Assembly: GCA_965248925.1 (NCBI GenBank)
Contig: CBDFLE010000006.1
Location: 2,400,001 to 2,464,000, forward strand
From: Candidatus Multivoradales bacterium
GTDB taxonomy: Bacteria > Acidobacteriota > Thermoanaerobaculia > Multivoradales > J023
DNA length: 64,000 nt
Reading direction: 5' to 3'
The translations under genes were made by a program, and so were the position numbers. The notes under the pieces are model-generated. The model had not been told where the DNA came from. It made no database searches and saw only the letters and a list, made by a program, of their open reading frames with translations. Shown here piece by piece: positions 40,015 to 50,430 of this stretch (position 1 is its first letter; every line of letters begins with the position of its first letter).

Positions 40015-43000
40015 ATGCGAATTAGACCTCTCAGCCTCATCCTTCTCGGCCTCTGCATCGCCCTGCCGCTGACCGCACAACTCCCCCCAAGCCATCAGCG
40101 CGGAGTGACCGCCGACACTGCCTACCAAATCGGCGACCTGGATCAGATAAATCTTTTCAACGGCAGCCTAACGGTATCTCTGCCGATCGGAATCACCTAC
40201 CCCGTCGGCCCGTCGCTGAGCTTCAGCCTGACCGCCTCGTACAGCTCCGGTGGCTGGGAGTACGATGAGAATCACCAATGTCAAGACATCAATCCACCCT
40301 TCGCGCTGCGTACCTACAGCCTGCCGATCCAGGATCTCAAGACGCAGGCCGGCTTCGGCTGGAGAGTCAGCCTCGGAGAGCTGATCGCACCACGTAACAG
40401 TCCGACGACAACGCCTGAGATTTACGTCGATCCAAGTGGCGGCGAGCACAGGTTTTATACCGAGCTGCATCCCGGCGGTTTTCCAGCGACACCGCAGCCC
40501 AGCACCTGGTTCACCAACGACAGTACCTATTTGCGTCTACGCAAGCGCAATCCGGGGGTGTGCGAGCTGCCGTCTGGCACCTTTGTCGATCAGAGCTGCT
40601 ACACGGTAGAATTTTCTGGCGGCGAGTTGCATGAGTTCCATAACTACGCCTCCGTCGGCGATCTCTGGCGCCTGACTCGGATGGAGGATCGCTTCGGCAA
40701 TTGGATCAATGTGCGCTATGCCAACGATGGCGACTGGACATTGACCGACAGCCAAGGGCGCACTCACACGGTGGACTTTGTCGGTGGCAGAGTCGCCACC
40801 GTGAGGCTCGAAGCCTTCGGCAGCCAAAGCAACTCGACCTTCCTCTTTCAGTACCGCACCGAGACCCTCGAACGGCAGTTCGGTTTCCGCCCCGGCTGCG
40901 TGCCGATAGCCGAGCACACCCTCACCACCCAGGTGCTCGACCGGGTGGTGTTGCCCGATGGTTCGTTCTACGAGATGGACTACCTGACCGTCGACAACCT
41001 GCTCTCGGGCGGCTTGTCGAAGCTGCGCCTGCCCACCGGCGGCGCCTACGGCTACGACTACCAGCTCTTCCCCTTCCAGACCCAGCTGGCCGACCTCTTC
41101 CACGCTCCCGATTGGGGCACGGTGGCGCGGGGAGTCAAGAGCAAGCATCTCTTCCTCGACGACGGCGACACCACCCCCTACGCCACCTGGAGCTACACCT
41201 ACGACACCGCAAATCCGCAAGCCCCCGGCGATCCGCTGGGCCACCCCTGCTTCCACTCGATGAAAGTGACTGATCCGCTGGGCTTCGAGACGGTGAGCTA
41301 TTTCTCCACCGTTGGCGCCAACAATCGCTGGTCCTACGGCCTGCCCTACACCTACTGCGATCCCATCAGTGGCAGCTTCTCAGAAGCCGGCCCCTTCCTT
41401 TCCCAAGAACTCTTCAACGCTGGCGGAACCAAGCTCCGCTCGATCTTCGTTGAGTTCGACAGCGATGGCCGCGACGCCGGCAACTACAACGAGAAGGCCC
41501 ACCGCTTGCGCTATCGCAAGGAGACCTTCCACGACGACGGCGGCAAGTTCCGCGAAGTCACCTTCTCGGACTTCGATGGCCTGGGCCACTTCCGCACCAT
41601 GACCACCGGCGGCAACTTCGGCGCTGCTGACGTCCGCACCAGCAGCACCACCTACAACGCCAACAGCGGCACCTACATCATCGCCAACCCCGACGACAGC
41701 TCGATTGATCCGGCAACCGATTTCGTGCTGCCAAGCCACAACGCACGCTGGATCTTGGAGACCTGGGACGAGCAGTCGGTGAGCGAAGGCGGGACCACCG
41801 AGAAAGCCGAGTTCTGCTTCAGTAGCACCACCGGCTTCCTCGAACGCCGCCGCCAGCTGGCTGGCAGCAGCCGTCAGAGCCGCGACGTGGTGAGCCTCCT
41901 CACCTCGACCGACGGCTTCGTCACCGGCGAGCGGGTCTATGGCGGCGACACCCAGAACCTCGGCACCGGCTCCTTGTGCGGCCTCGGCTTGTCCGGCCCT
42001 ACTTACCGCACCGACCACGTCTACGCCAGCGGCAGCCTGCGCAAGTCGACGGCGGTGGACTGCACAGGCACCGCGATCCTCACCCTGGCCGACTACGACA
42101 TCGACTCAGACACCGGCCTGGTGGCCACCAGCCGCGACGCGGCCGGCCTGGGCACCAGCTTCACTTACGATCGCTTGGGCCGCTTGACCGGCCAGCGCCC
42201 GGCCGAGCTGGGCTGGACCCAGTGGACCTACACCCTGCCCACCACCGCCAACCCCAGTCTTGCGCCCAAGCTCACCGAGCAACAGTGCCAGCCCTTCCAG
42301 ACCTCCTGCAGCGGCACCGATCTGATGAGCTTCCGCGAGCACCGCTACGACGGCCTCGGCCGGCGGCTGCAACAGACCGTGCGCATCCCCGTCGCCAACG
42401 CTGGCCAGACCGAGCTCTGGCATCGCTACACAACCTGGAACCCCCGTCACTGGAAGACGGACGAGTCGGTGTGGACCACCGCCTCCGCGGCCGGCGAGAG
42501 CCGGCGCACGACCTACATCGCCTACGATCGCTTCGGCCGCCCCGGCCGGGTCAAGCCGCCAGAACAGCCGGCGACCTTCTTCACCTACCAAGGCGACCGG
42601 GTGCAGACCCGGCGCTTCAAAGTGCAGCTGACCAGTGGCCAGCAAGACACCCACGTCACCGAGATCATGGACGGCCAGGGCCGTCTGGCCGAGGTCTGCG
42701 AGGGCAGTTCCGCCCCCTGGTCAGGGAGCTGTGGCGGTGGCGGTCTGCTGACTCGCTACTCATATGACGATGGTGGCAGACTGACCAAAGTGTGCCAGAA
42801 CCTCGCCGGCTCGACCTGCGGCCAGACCCGCTTGTTCGACTATGACGGTCGCGGCTTCCTACTCTCCGAGACCCATCCCGAGATCGGCCCCTCGGGCAAT
42901 GGCCGCAGCGATTACCGCTATGACGCCGGCGGCAACGCCACCTCCAAAGATCTGATCGGCAGCACCGCCTTCGATCTGAGCTTCGATTTCGACGCCGCCG

Positions 43001-45033
43001 GCCGACTGATCAGAGTCCTCGAATCGAGCAATGGCGTGGGGAGCACCCCGCGCTTGCAGAAGCAGTTCCGCTACGCCCGCGCCAACTCTGGCAGCGACCA
43101 CCGGGCCGGCAAGCTGGTGCAGACCGTGCGCCACAACTGGGTCGACATCCAGAGTCCCCTGGCCCCCGAGCCCGGCTTCCTCGACGTCAAGCTCTCCGAG
43201 AGCTTCCGCTACACCGGTCGTCAGGGGCTGATGTCGGAGAAGCAGACCCGCTACCAATTCTTCGCCGGCAACTACGCCTTCACCACCGGTTTCGTCTATG
43301 ACACCCAGGGCAATTTGTCGCAACTCGACTACCCCAGCTGCCAACACGCCGACGGCGGCTGCGCCACCAACGATCCACAGCGCACAGTGAATTTCAACTA
43401 CGAGAAGGGTATGCTCAGGTCCGTGCCTGGCTTCGCCAACAACCTCACCTACCAGAGCGGTGGCATGCTGCACCAGCTCACCCACGGCGATGGTGTGGTC
43501 GACACCCAGGAAATCAGCAGCTCCAACGGCCTCGCCCGGCCGCATCAGCTGACCACCTCCGCGGGCTGGAGCACCGACATCTTTTCCTACGACGGAGCCG
43601 GCAACATCTCGGCCATCGGCAACTTGGCCTACCGTTATGACCGCCTCGGCAGATTAATCTCTGGCCAGACCTCGGTCGGTGCCACCCTCTTCACCCAGAC
43701 CGCGAGCTACGACAATTTCGGCAATATCCAGCAGCTGTCGACGCCAGGTTTCTCAGCTCTCAACCTCAACCCCAGCGCCAGCACCAACCGCCTCGGCCTC
43801 TCAGGCGCCCAGTACGACGCTGCCGGCAACCTGACCGACATCACGATCGGCAGCGAGAGCTTCGACTACGCCTTCGATGGCGCCAACATGATGAAGCACT
43901 TGCGCTCGAACACCGATCAAGCGCGGGTCTACATCTACAACGCCAGCGACGAGCGGATCCTCACCTTCGACTGCTTCGGCGCCGGCGCGACCAGCACCTG
44001 CACCACCCAGCCCGCCAGTCTCACCTGGACCCTGCGCGGGCTCGGCAACGAAGTCCTGCGAGTCTACGATCAGCCGGCTGGCGGCGCCTTCAGCTGGAGT
44101 CGAGACTACGTTCATCGCGGCGGGCAGCCGCTAGCCACCATCGAGCCCAATGGCAGCGGCGGCGAGATGACGTCGCATCTCCACCTTGATCATTTGGGTA
44201 CGCCAAGGCAGATCACTCGTGGTAGCCAACAAGTGGCGTTGCACAACTACTACCCGTTTGGTCAGGAGGCGACCAGCGCGGCCCAGGACGAGGTCGTGCT
44301 GAAGTTTACCGGGCATGAGAGGGATAAGACCGGCACAGGCAGCCGTAGCGAGTTGGACTACATGCATGCTCGGCATTGTAGCCCGGTGGTGGGGCGATTC
44401 TTGAGTGTCGATCCGGCGAAATCTTCTGCGAAGGTGATGCCGCAGAGTTGGAACCGGTATAGCTATTCCTTGAACAGCCCTCTGAAATACTACGACCCGG
44501 ACGGACAAGTTCTTAGACTTGCTTCAGACACGAAGACCCAAAAGAAGGTGCTCCCGATGTTGATTGAAACCATGAGAAGACCTGGCGGCCGAGCATCGCT
44601 CGGGGGGCTTGCCAAGTCGGACATCGTTTTTATGATAGCGAATGAGGCGCTAAATAGACCAGTCGACATTATGAGCGTAAAAAGAGGAGGCTCAAGCAGA
44701 ATAACATTTGGCAAAAACAAGAACTTGAAAGTGAAGGACGGCAGGATTGTAAGCATTGACATCGTGCTTGACACTGCTGCAATTTCGGTTCATCCAGTCG
44801 CTACTAATGGAGTAGCTACCGTGGCGCATGAAGGGTCTCACGGGAACAGTATCGCCAGCGCTCAGGCTAGAGGGATTAGCCCGTATAGCGCATGGGCAGC
44901 AGGCGTCAATGGGGACAAGCCGAAAAGCGCCACTGGCCCGGCAGCTCAGGACGGGGCCGCAGTTGCTGCTGAGAGACGGGACCTTACTGCCGTAGAGGCA
45001 GAAGCCCTTCTAATGCAAATCATTCTTCCATAA
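40015..45033 (+). CDS. RHS/YD polymorphic toxin 2 (1672 aa): Sec signal, SpvB-like N-terminus, RHS core, C-terminal HExxH domain
   Basis: Signal peptide ending LTA; HLDHLGTPR, KFTGHERD, DYMHAR, RFLSVDP and PLKYYDPDG; C-terminal VAHEGSHG. Confidence 0.92.
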   Translation: MRIRPLSLILLGLCIALPLTAQLPPSHQRGVTADTAYQIGDLDQINLFNGSLTVSLPIGITYPVGPSLSFSLTASYSSGGWEYDENHQCQDINPPFALRTYSLPIQDLKTQAGFGWRVSLGELIAPRNSPTTTPEIYVDPSGGEHRFYTELHPGGFPATPQPSTWFTNDSTYLRLRKRNPGVCELPSGTFVDQSCYTVEFSGGELHEFHNYASVGDLWRLTRMEDRFGNWINVRYANDGDWTLTDSQGRTHTVDFVGGRVATVRLEAFGSQSNSTFLFQYRTETLERQFGFRPGCVPIAEHTLTTQVLDRVVLPDGSFYEMDYLTVDNLLSGGLSKLRLPTGGAYGYDYQLFPFQTQLADLFHAPDWGTVARGVKSKHLFLDDGDTTPYATWSYTYDTANPQAPGDPLGHPCFHSMKVTDPLGFETVSYFSTVGANNRWSYGLPYTYCDPISGSFSEAGPFLSQELFNAGGTKLRSIFVEFDSDGRDAGNYNEKAHRLRYRKETFHDDGGKFREVTFSDFDGLGHFRTMTTGGNFGAADVRTSSTTYNANSGTYIIANPDDSSIDPATDFVLPSHNARWILETWDEQSVSEGGTTEKAEFCFSSTTGFLERRRQLAGSSRQSRDVVSLLTSTDGFVTGERVYGGDTQNLGTGSLCGLGLSGPTYRTDHVYASGSLRKSTAVDCTGTAILTLADYDIDSDTGLVATSRDAAGLGTSFTYDRLGRLTGQRPAELGWTQWTYTLPTTANPSLAPKLTEQQCQPFQTSCSGTDLMSFREHRYDGLGRRLQQTVRIPVANAGQTELWHRYTTWNPRHWKTDESVWTTASAAGESRRTTYIAYDRFGRPGRVKPPEQPATFFTYQGDRVQTRRFKVQLTSGQQDTHVTEIMDGQGRLAEVCEGSSAPWSGSCGGGGLLTRYSYDDGGRLTKVCQNLAGSTCGQTRLFDYDGRGFLLSETHPEIGPSGNGRSDYRYDAGGNATSKDLIGSTAFDLSFDFDAAGRLIRVLESSNGVGSTPRLQKQFRYARANSGSDHRAGKLVQTVRHNWVDIQSPLAPEPGFLDVKLSESFRYTGRQGLMSEKQTRYQFFAGNYAFTTGFVYDTQGNLSQLDYPSCQHADGGCATNDPQRTVNFNYEKGMLRSVPGFANNLTYQSGGMLHQLTHGDGVVDTQEISSSNGLARPHQLTTSAGWSTDIFSYDGAGNISAIGNLAYRYDRLGRLISGQTSVGATLFTQTASYDNFGNIQQLSTPGFSALNLNPSASTNRLGLSGAQYDAAGNLTDITIGSESFDYAFDGANMMKHLRSNTDQARVYIYNASDERILTFDCFGAGATSTCTTQPASLTWTLRGLGNEVLRVYDQPAGGAFSWSRDYVHRGGQPLATIEPNGSGGEMTSHLHLDHLGTPRQITRGSQQVALHNYYPFGQEATSAAQDEVVLKFTGHERDKTGTGSRSELDYMHARHCSPVVGRFLSVDPAKSSAKVMPQSWNRYSYSLNSPLKYYDPDGQVLRLASDTKTQKKVLPMLIETMRRPGGRASLGGLAKSDIVFMIANEALNRPVDIMSVKRGGSSRITFGKNKNLKVKDGRIVSIDIVLDTAAISVHPVATNGVATVAHEGSHGNSIASAQARGISPYSAWAAGVNGDKPKSATGPAAQDGAAVAAERRDLTAVEAEALLMQIILP

Positions 45034-45059
45034 ACTGAGGCACAGGACCTGGGGTAAAC

Positions 45060-45671
45060 ATGAGTGATGAACTCTGTCGATTTCTTTCTGGCTCTGCAGT
45101 GCTCTTGCTTTGCTTGGCTTGCACAACAGATCGATATTCAACCAAAGCGAGAACGGCTGGCCGGGGGCCGCTCGAGATCTACCAGGAGCAAGATCATCCC
45201 TTGGGCGACGAGACGGCGTCCGTTAACGGGCCAAGGGCCGACTCTGAGCAAGGGAAAAACATTCAGGCGATTGGGCTCGAGCTCACGTCCTGCTATGGCT
45301 ATTGCCCAGAGTTCACGGCCCTCTTCTGCGCAGATGGTTCTGCGTGGTATTGCGGCAGAGCAAACACGAATCCTTTGGGGTGCCACTCTGGATCTGTGAC
45401 GTTAGACGAATATCGTATAGTTGCCGCTGCTATGGACGATATTGGATATTTTGAGATGAATCATACTTATGTTGCATTAGAGACCGACGAGTCTTCGGTG
45501 TTGGTGTTTGGTAAACGCTACAACAAGATAAAAATGATTCGAGACTACGCAGAGAGTGGTCCTCCCCGCCTGTGGTTGTTGGAATTCCTTCTCGGTGCGA
45601 TGGTCGATCGAATCCACTGGAGTCCGAGTGATGTCACAGGATTAGATTTGGAGCGTTGTTCTTCGCCGTAG
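45060..45671 (+). CDS. Putative immunity lipoprotein, DUF6438-like
   Basis: Lipobox CLAC and IGLELTSCYGYCPEF..DG; directly after the toxin; lower GC. Confidence 0.7.
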   Translation: MSDELCRFLSGSAVLLLCLACTTDRYSTKARTAGRGPLEIYQEQDHPLGDETASVNGPRADSEQGKNIQAIGLELTSCYGYCPEFTALFCADGSAWYCGRANTNPLGCHSGSVTLDEYRIVAAAMDDIGYFEMNHTYVALETDESSVLVFGKRYNKIKMIRDYAESGPPRLWLLEFLLGAMVDRIHWSPSDVTGLDLERCSSP

Positions 45672-45980
45672 TTGGTTGGAACCGCTGGTGCTAGAGGCGG
45701 AGTCGATGGCGTGCCCGACTCTCGTGCCGTCAGACTACGACAGCGGGCTCAAAGCCCATAGGTGTATTCGGCCCGCCCCGAGGTGTTCGATCCTTCCAAC
45801 TCTTTGTTCTTGGCCGTGAGGCACCTCGTCCCTTACCTGGTCAAGACCAGGAGATCATAGGGCCCTCGGCCGATTCAACAGATGCAGGTCTCAGCGCACA
45901 ACCCGCCCGACGCCTCGAATCCCAGCTCAAAACGGAGTGAGAGCGGGCGCCTGTTTTCCTGTGGCCTTGGTTATACCTGG

Positions 45981-47366
45981 TACGACGATTTCGGCAACAT
46001 CCAGCAGCTATCAACACCCGGTTTCGCGGCTCTCAACCTCAACCCCAGCGCCACCACCAACCGCCTCGGCCTCTCAGGCGCTCGATACGACGCAGCCGGC
46101 AACTTGACCGACATCACAATCGGCAGCGAGAGCTTCGACTACGCCTTCGACGGCGCCACCATGATGAAGCATTTGCGCTCGAACACCGATCAAGCGCGGG
46201 TCTTCATCTACAACGCCAGCGACGAGCGGATCCTCACCTTCGACTGCTTCGGCCCCGGCGCCACCAGCACCTGCACCACCCAGCCCGCCAGCCTCACCTG
46301 GACCCTGCGTGGCTTACAGAACGAGGTTCTGCGAGTCTACGATCAGCCAGCTGGAGGTTCATTCGGCTGGACCCGAGACTATGTGCACCGAGGCGGCCAG
46401 ACGCTAGCCACCATCGAGCCCGACGGCAGCGGAGGTGAGCTGACTTCGCACCTGCACCTTGATCACCTGGGCACCCCCCTGCAGATCACGCGTGGTGGTC
46501 AGCAGGTGGCATTGCACAACTACTACCCCTTTGGTCAAGAGGCGACCAGCGCGGGGGCTGACGAGATTCAGCTGAAGTTTACCGGGCATGAGCGGGACAA
46601 GACGGGGACGGGAGTGAGGAGCGAGCTGGACTACATGCATGCTCGGTACTGTAGCCCGGTGCTAGGGCGGTTCCTGAGCGTTGATCCGGCGAAGTCTTCC
46701 GTTTTGACCCAGAGCACAACCTGGAACCGGTACTCCTACGTTTCCAACAATCCGCTGCGCTACAATGATCCTTCGGGTCTACGCCAGAACCCAGTAACTG
46801 GAAGAAAGGGAATCAGTCCAAGGCCCGCCAGCGCCGTTCTTGGGAGAATCAGGAGCAATGACAACAATCGCAGAGTTGGACTCTTTGGAATGACGCGCCA
46901 TTTCGCAGATGGGACAGAGAGATTTCACCCTGGCATCGACATCAATGCACCAGCCGGAACCCGGTTGTTTGCGGCAGAAGGGGGGACAGTCAGCCGTCGG
47001 CGAAATGCTCTCGCAGGTAACCAGATCGTAATCAAGACTTCTTCTGGAACCCAGTTGTTCTACTCTCATCTTGATAGCTTTGCGCCCGGACTGAAGAGCG
47101 GAGCAACAGTAGTTGAGGGTGAAATCATCGGAACAGCAGGGACCACAGGGAACGCAATGGGTATTCTGAGTCAAGAGGAGCATCTACACCTCACTGTTAA
47201 GAATCCAAAAGGCGTGAGGGTAGATCCGCTAATCTGGCTCAATGACCCTTTTGCAGCCGACCCCAGAATCCACTCAGAACCAGCATCCACACCATGTCAA
47301 TGCAGTTCAGGTCCGCCTAATGTTCCGGGTATGCTGATACAGCTCTATCTCAGAGGGCCATCGTGA
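45981..47366 (+). CDS. Orphan RHS cassette 1: core fragment + M23 peptidase C-terminus
   Basis: Near-identical RHS core DNA, DPSG, then HPGID and HLH zinc motifs. No native start. Confidence 0.85.
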   Translation, partial: YDDFGNIQQLSTPGFAALNLNPSATTNRLGLSGARYDAAGNLTDITIGSESFDYAFDGATMMKHLRSNTDQARVFIYNASDERILTFDCFGPGATSTCTTQPASLTWTLRGLQNEVLRVYDQPAGGSFGWTRDYVHRGGQTLATIEPDGSGGELTSHLHLDHLGTPLQITRGGQQVALHNYYPFGQEATSAGADEIQLKFTGHERDKTGTGVRSELDYMHARYCSPVLGRFLSVDPAKSSVLTQSTTWNRYSYVSNNPLRYNDPSGLRQNPVTGRKGISPRPASAVLGRIRSNDNNRRVGLFGMTRHFADGTERFHPGIDINAPAGTRLFAAEGGTVSRRRNALAGNQIVIKTSSGTQLFYSHLDSFAPGLKSGATVVEGEIIGTAGTTGNAMGILSQEEHLHLTVKNPKGVRVDPLIWLNDPFAADPRIHSEPASTPCQCSSGPPNVPGMLIQLYLRGPS

Positions 47367-47959
47367 ATCTTGTAATAGCAATCGTCCTTGCGTCCTTTAG
47401 TTGCTCGCAGCTCACGGGCAATTCGACCCTGCCAAACTTTCTGGAGATCGTTCAGCTCTCTGAGATGCTACTCGTTCCTCCCAATCGTCTGATCTTCGAA
47501 CTGGGCTCGCCGGAGGCGGTTTTCCTCGAAGGTGCAGACTCAGAAGGGCCACCAACACCTCAAGACGGTCTAGAGCTTCGCTACTCGATCATTCTCCGTG
47601 TTGGGAAACACTATCCGGCCACGGCGTGGTTTCACCTCGACGGACAATCTTTCCTTGTGAGGGGGATCCATCTTGATTTCCCTGGCGCAAAGCCCGAACT
47701 GGCGGAGCTGGAGCTGGCAGCTGGCGGCCCGAAGCGCCTAGTTGAGCACGTGGTGATCTGGGATGAGGGTGAGCTGGATGGGTGGTTAAGCAAATGCCAC
47801 CATTCCGGAGGCCCCATTCAAAGCTGGGTTTTTCAGGATCTTGGACTTCAAATTCGCCTAGAAGACAGTATTGGCTCAGAGAAGTCGGCCGTGGGAGGGA
47901 TCTCGTTCGTGGCGGAGATCAAGTCTGGCGATCGCAGCTTTCCACCGTGCAAAGAATAA
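47363..47959 (+). CDS. Putative immunity lipoprotein for the M23 toxin
   Basis: GTGA overlap with the toxin stop; lipobox-like LASFSC; paralog at 57561. Confidence 0.7.
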   Translation: MNLVIAIVLASFSCSQLTGNSTLPNFLEIVQLSEMLLVPPNRLIFELGSPEAVFLEGADSEGPPTPQDGLELRYSIILRVGKHYPATAWFHLDGQSFLVRGIHLDFPGAKPELAELELAAGGPKRLVEHVVIWDEGELDGWLSKCHHSGGPIQSWVFQDLGLQIRLEDSIGSEKSAVGGISFVAEIKSGDRSFPPCKE

Positions 47960-48046
47960 TCGATTTTTTCCCATCTGCTAGCCACTACGGGGCCCAGCAG
48001 TACCGGTGGCGAAAAGATTTCCCTCTTGATGTAGTTGCTTGTACCG

Positions 48047-49935
48047 ACATTCAGAATCCCCTGGCCCCCGAGCCCGGCTCCCTCGATGTCAAACTCTCCG
48101 AGAGCTTCCGCTACACCGGTCGCCAGGGGCTGATGTCGGAGAAGCAGACTCGCTACCAATTCTTCGCCGGCAACTACGCCTTCACCACCGGCTTCGCCTT
48201 CGACACCCAGGGCAATCTGTCACAGCTCGATTACCCCAGCTGTCAGCACGCCGACGGTGGCTGCGCCACCAACGATCCGCAGCGCACGGTGAATTTCAAC
48301 TACGAGAAGGGTATGCTGAGGTCCGTGCCTGGATTCGCCAACAACCTCACCTACCAGAGCGGTGGCATGCTGCACCAGCTCACCCACGGCGATGGTGTGG
48401 TCGACACCCAAGAAGTCAGCAGCTCCAACGGCCTCGCCCGGCCGCACCAGCTGACCACCTCCGCGGGCTGGAGCACCGACATCTTTTCCTACGACGGAGC
48501 CGGCAACATCTCGGCCATCGGCAACTTGGCCTACCGTTATGACCGCCTCGGCAGATTAATCTCTGGCCAGACCTCGGTCGGTGCCACCCTCTTCACCCAG
48601 ACCGCGAGCTTCGACAATTTCGGCAATATCCAGCAGCTGTCGACGCCAGGTTTCTCAGCTCTCAACCTCAACCCCAGCGCCACCACTAACCGCCTCGGCC
48701 TCTCAGGCGCCCAGTACGACGCTGCCGGCAATCTGACCGACATCACAATCGGCAGCGAGAGCTTCGATTATGCCTTCGACGGTGCCAACATGATGAAGCA
48801 CCTGCGCTCGAACACCGATCAAGCACGGGTCTACATCTACAACGCAGAGGACGAGCGGATCCTCACCTTCGACTGCTTCGGCCCCGGCGCCACCAGCACC
48901 TGCACCACCCAACCAGCCAGCCTCACCTGGACTTTGCGCGGGCTCGGCAACGAGGTCCTGCGGGTCTACGATCAGCCAGCTGGCGGCGCCTTCAGCTGGA
49001 GCCGAGATTATGTGCACCGAGGCGGCCAGCCGCTAGCCACCATCGAGCCCGATGGCAGCGGAGGTGAGCTGACGTCGCACCTGCACCTTGATCATTTGGG
49101 TACACCTCGGCAGATCACCCGAGGCGGACAGCAGGTGGCGCTCCACAACTACTACCCGTTTGGTCAGGAAGCGACCAGCGCGGGTGCTGACGAGATCCAG
49201 CTGAAATTCACTGGTCATGAGCGGGACAAGACCGGGACCGGGGCAAGGAGCGAGCTGGACTACATGCATGCGCGGCATTGCAGCCCGGTAGTAGGGAGGT
49301 TCCTGAGTGTTGATCCAGTAGTTGGAGCTACACGGCAACCTCAGTCCTGGAACCGCTATGCCTACGTGACTAACAATCCGCTGAACCTCGTCGACCCTAA
49401 CGGTCTCGAAGCCAAATGCGTTACAACTACCCACGAAGATGGTTCTCAGGATATCGTCTGCGGCGAAAGGATTGAGGTGGTCGATGGCACGGTGGAAGAG
49501 GTCGACTCGGAAGAGCCTGCCCAGGGTTTTCCGACCCTTGTTGCATTTATCGAAGTTGCCAGTCTCCCTGCCGTTACACCCCTCTCAACTCGAGATCGAA
49601 TTCTGAGTTCTGTGCCGATTGATGGTATGGACTATGCTCGCTGTGTTCGCAAGAATAGGGCTAAACCAGTAGCAGCTCTCGTTGCCCTGGGCTCCGGAGT
49701 ACCAAAGCGCTTGGTTCCGCCGTTTCGCGTTCCAAATCCCAAGCAACCTTTGACCAATCCTGCCAGGGCCTTCGTGGGCTCTCCAATTAAGCGAGCATTC
49801 CCCAGTTCACCACTTGCCAGAAGAGTCTCTGGAAGGATCAGGATCGGCGGCAGGTTCGTTTCCAGGATCGCCACGCCCTTAACTCTCGCAGAGGGCTACT
49901 ACGACATTGCAGTCTTGGGCGCCTGCTCGTTTTGA
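48047..49935 (+). CDS. Orphan RHS cassette 2: long core fragment + unknown basic/hydrophobic C-terminus
   Basis: Repeats RHS2 from DIQ.PLAPEPG; NPLNLVDPNG, then a novel C-terminal domain. Confidence 0.85.
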
Positions 49936-49960
49936 CATACAAGAACTGAGGAGAATTCCT

Positions 49961-50401
49961 GTGAACTCGTGGACGGCAACAGATTTCTTGCTTCTGGGCA
50001 TAGCTCTGGCGGCACTTGGAAAAGTATACGAAAAGGTGCGGTCGAAGAAACTCCCCGTTGTAACAGAGGATGATTTTCTGGCACACTTTCAAGGCAGCCT
50101 GGCCCAGGAACATACAGCCAATATTCTTCGAGAAAGGAGAAACATTGCGCGAACACTCGGCGTTCCCGTAGAACGACTTTCCCCCACGGCAACTTTCTCA
50201 AGCATCATAAAGAGAGTGAATTATCTTGGAAGCGCAAATCTCGCATATTCCGACTTGGTAGAGGACTTGCAGGATAATCTAATACAAGCTAACATCGATA
50301 TAGATCCCAGCGAGTTGGAAACTGTTGGGGCGTTCATTCAGGCGACTATCCAATCATTGGCGCGAGCGTCCAAGAGCGGAGCTGTTCAGGTGCCACCCTA
50401 G
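49961..50401 (+). CDS. Putative immunity protein: N-terminal TM + ACP-like helical domain
   Basis: GAGGAG RBS and GTG start; IARTLGVPVERLSPTATF...IDIDPSELETVGAFIQ. Confidence 0.6.
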   Translation: MNSWTATDFLLLGIALAALGKVYEKVRSKKLPVVTEDDFLAHFQGSLAQEHTANILRERRNIARTLGVPVERLSPTATFSSIIKRVNYLGSANLAYSDLVEDLQDNLIQANIDIDPSELETVGAFIQATIQSLARASKSGAVQVPP

Positions 50402-50430
50402 TCGAATCACATATCTTCAGTAGCTTACGC

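Noticed and set aside
47782-48046. ORF-track N-terminal extensions of orphan cassettes (also 45882 and 56116)
   Set aside because: They are chance open frames upstream of where RHS homology starts, overlap immunity genes or spacers, and lack RBSs.
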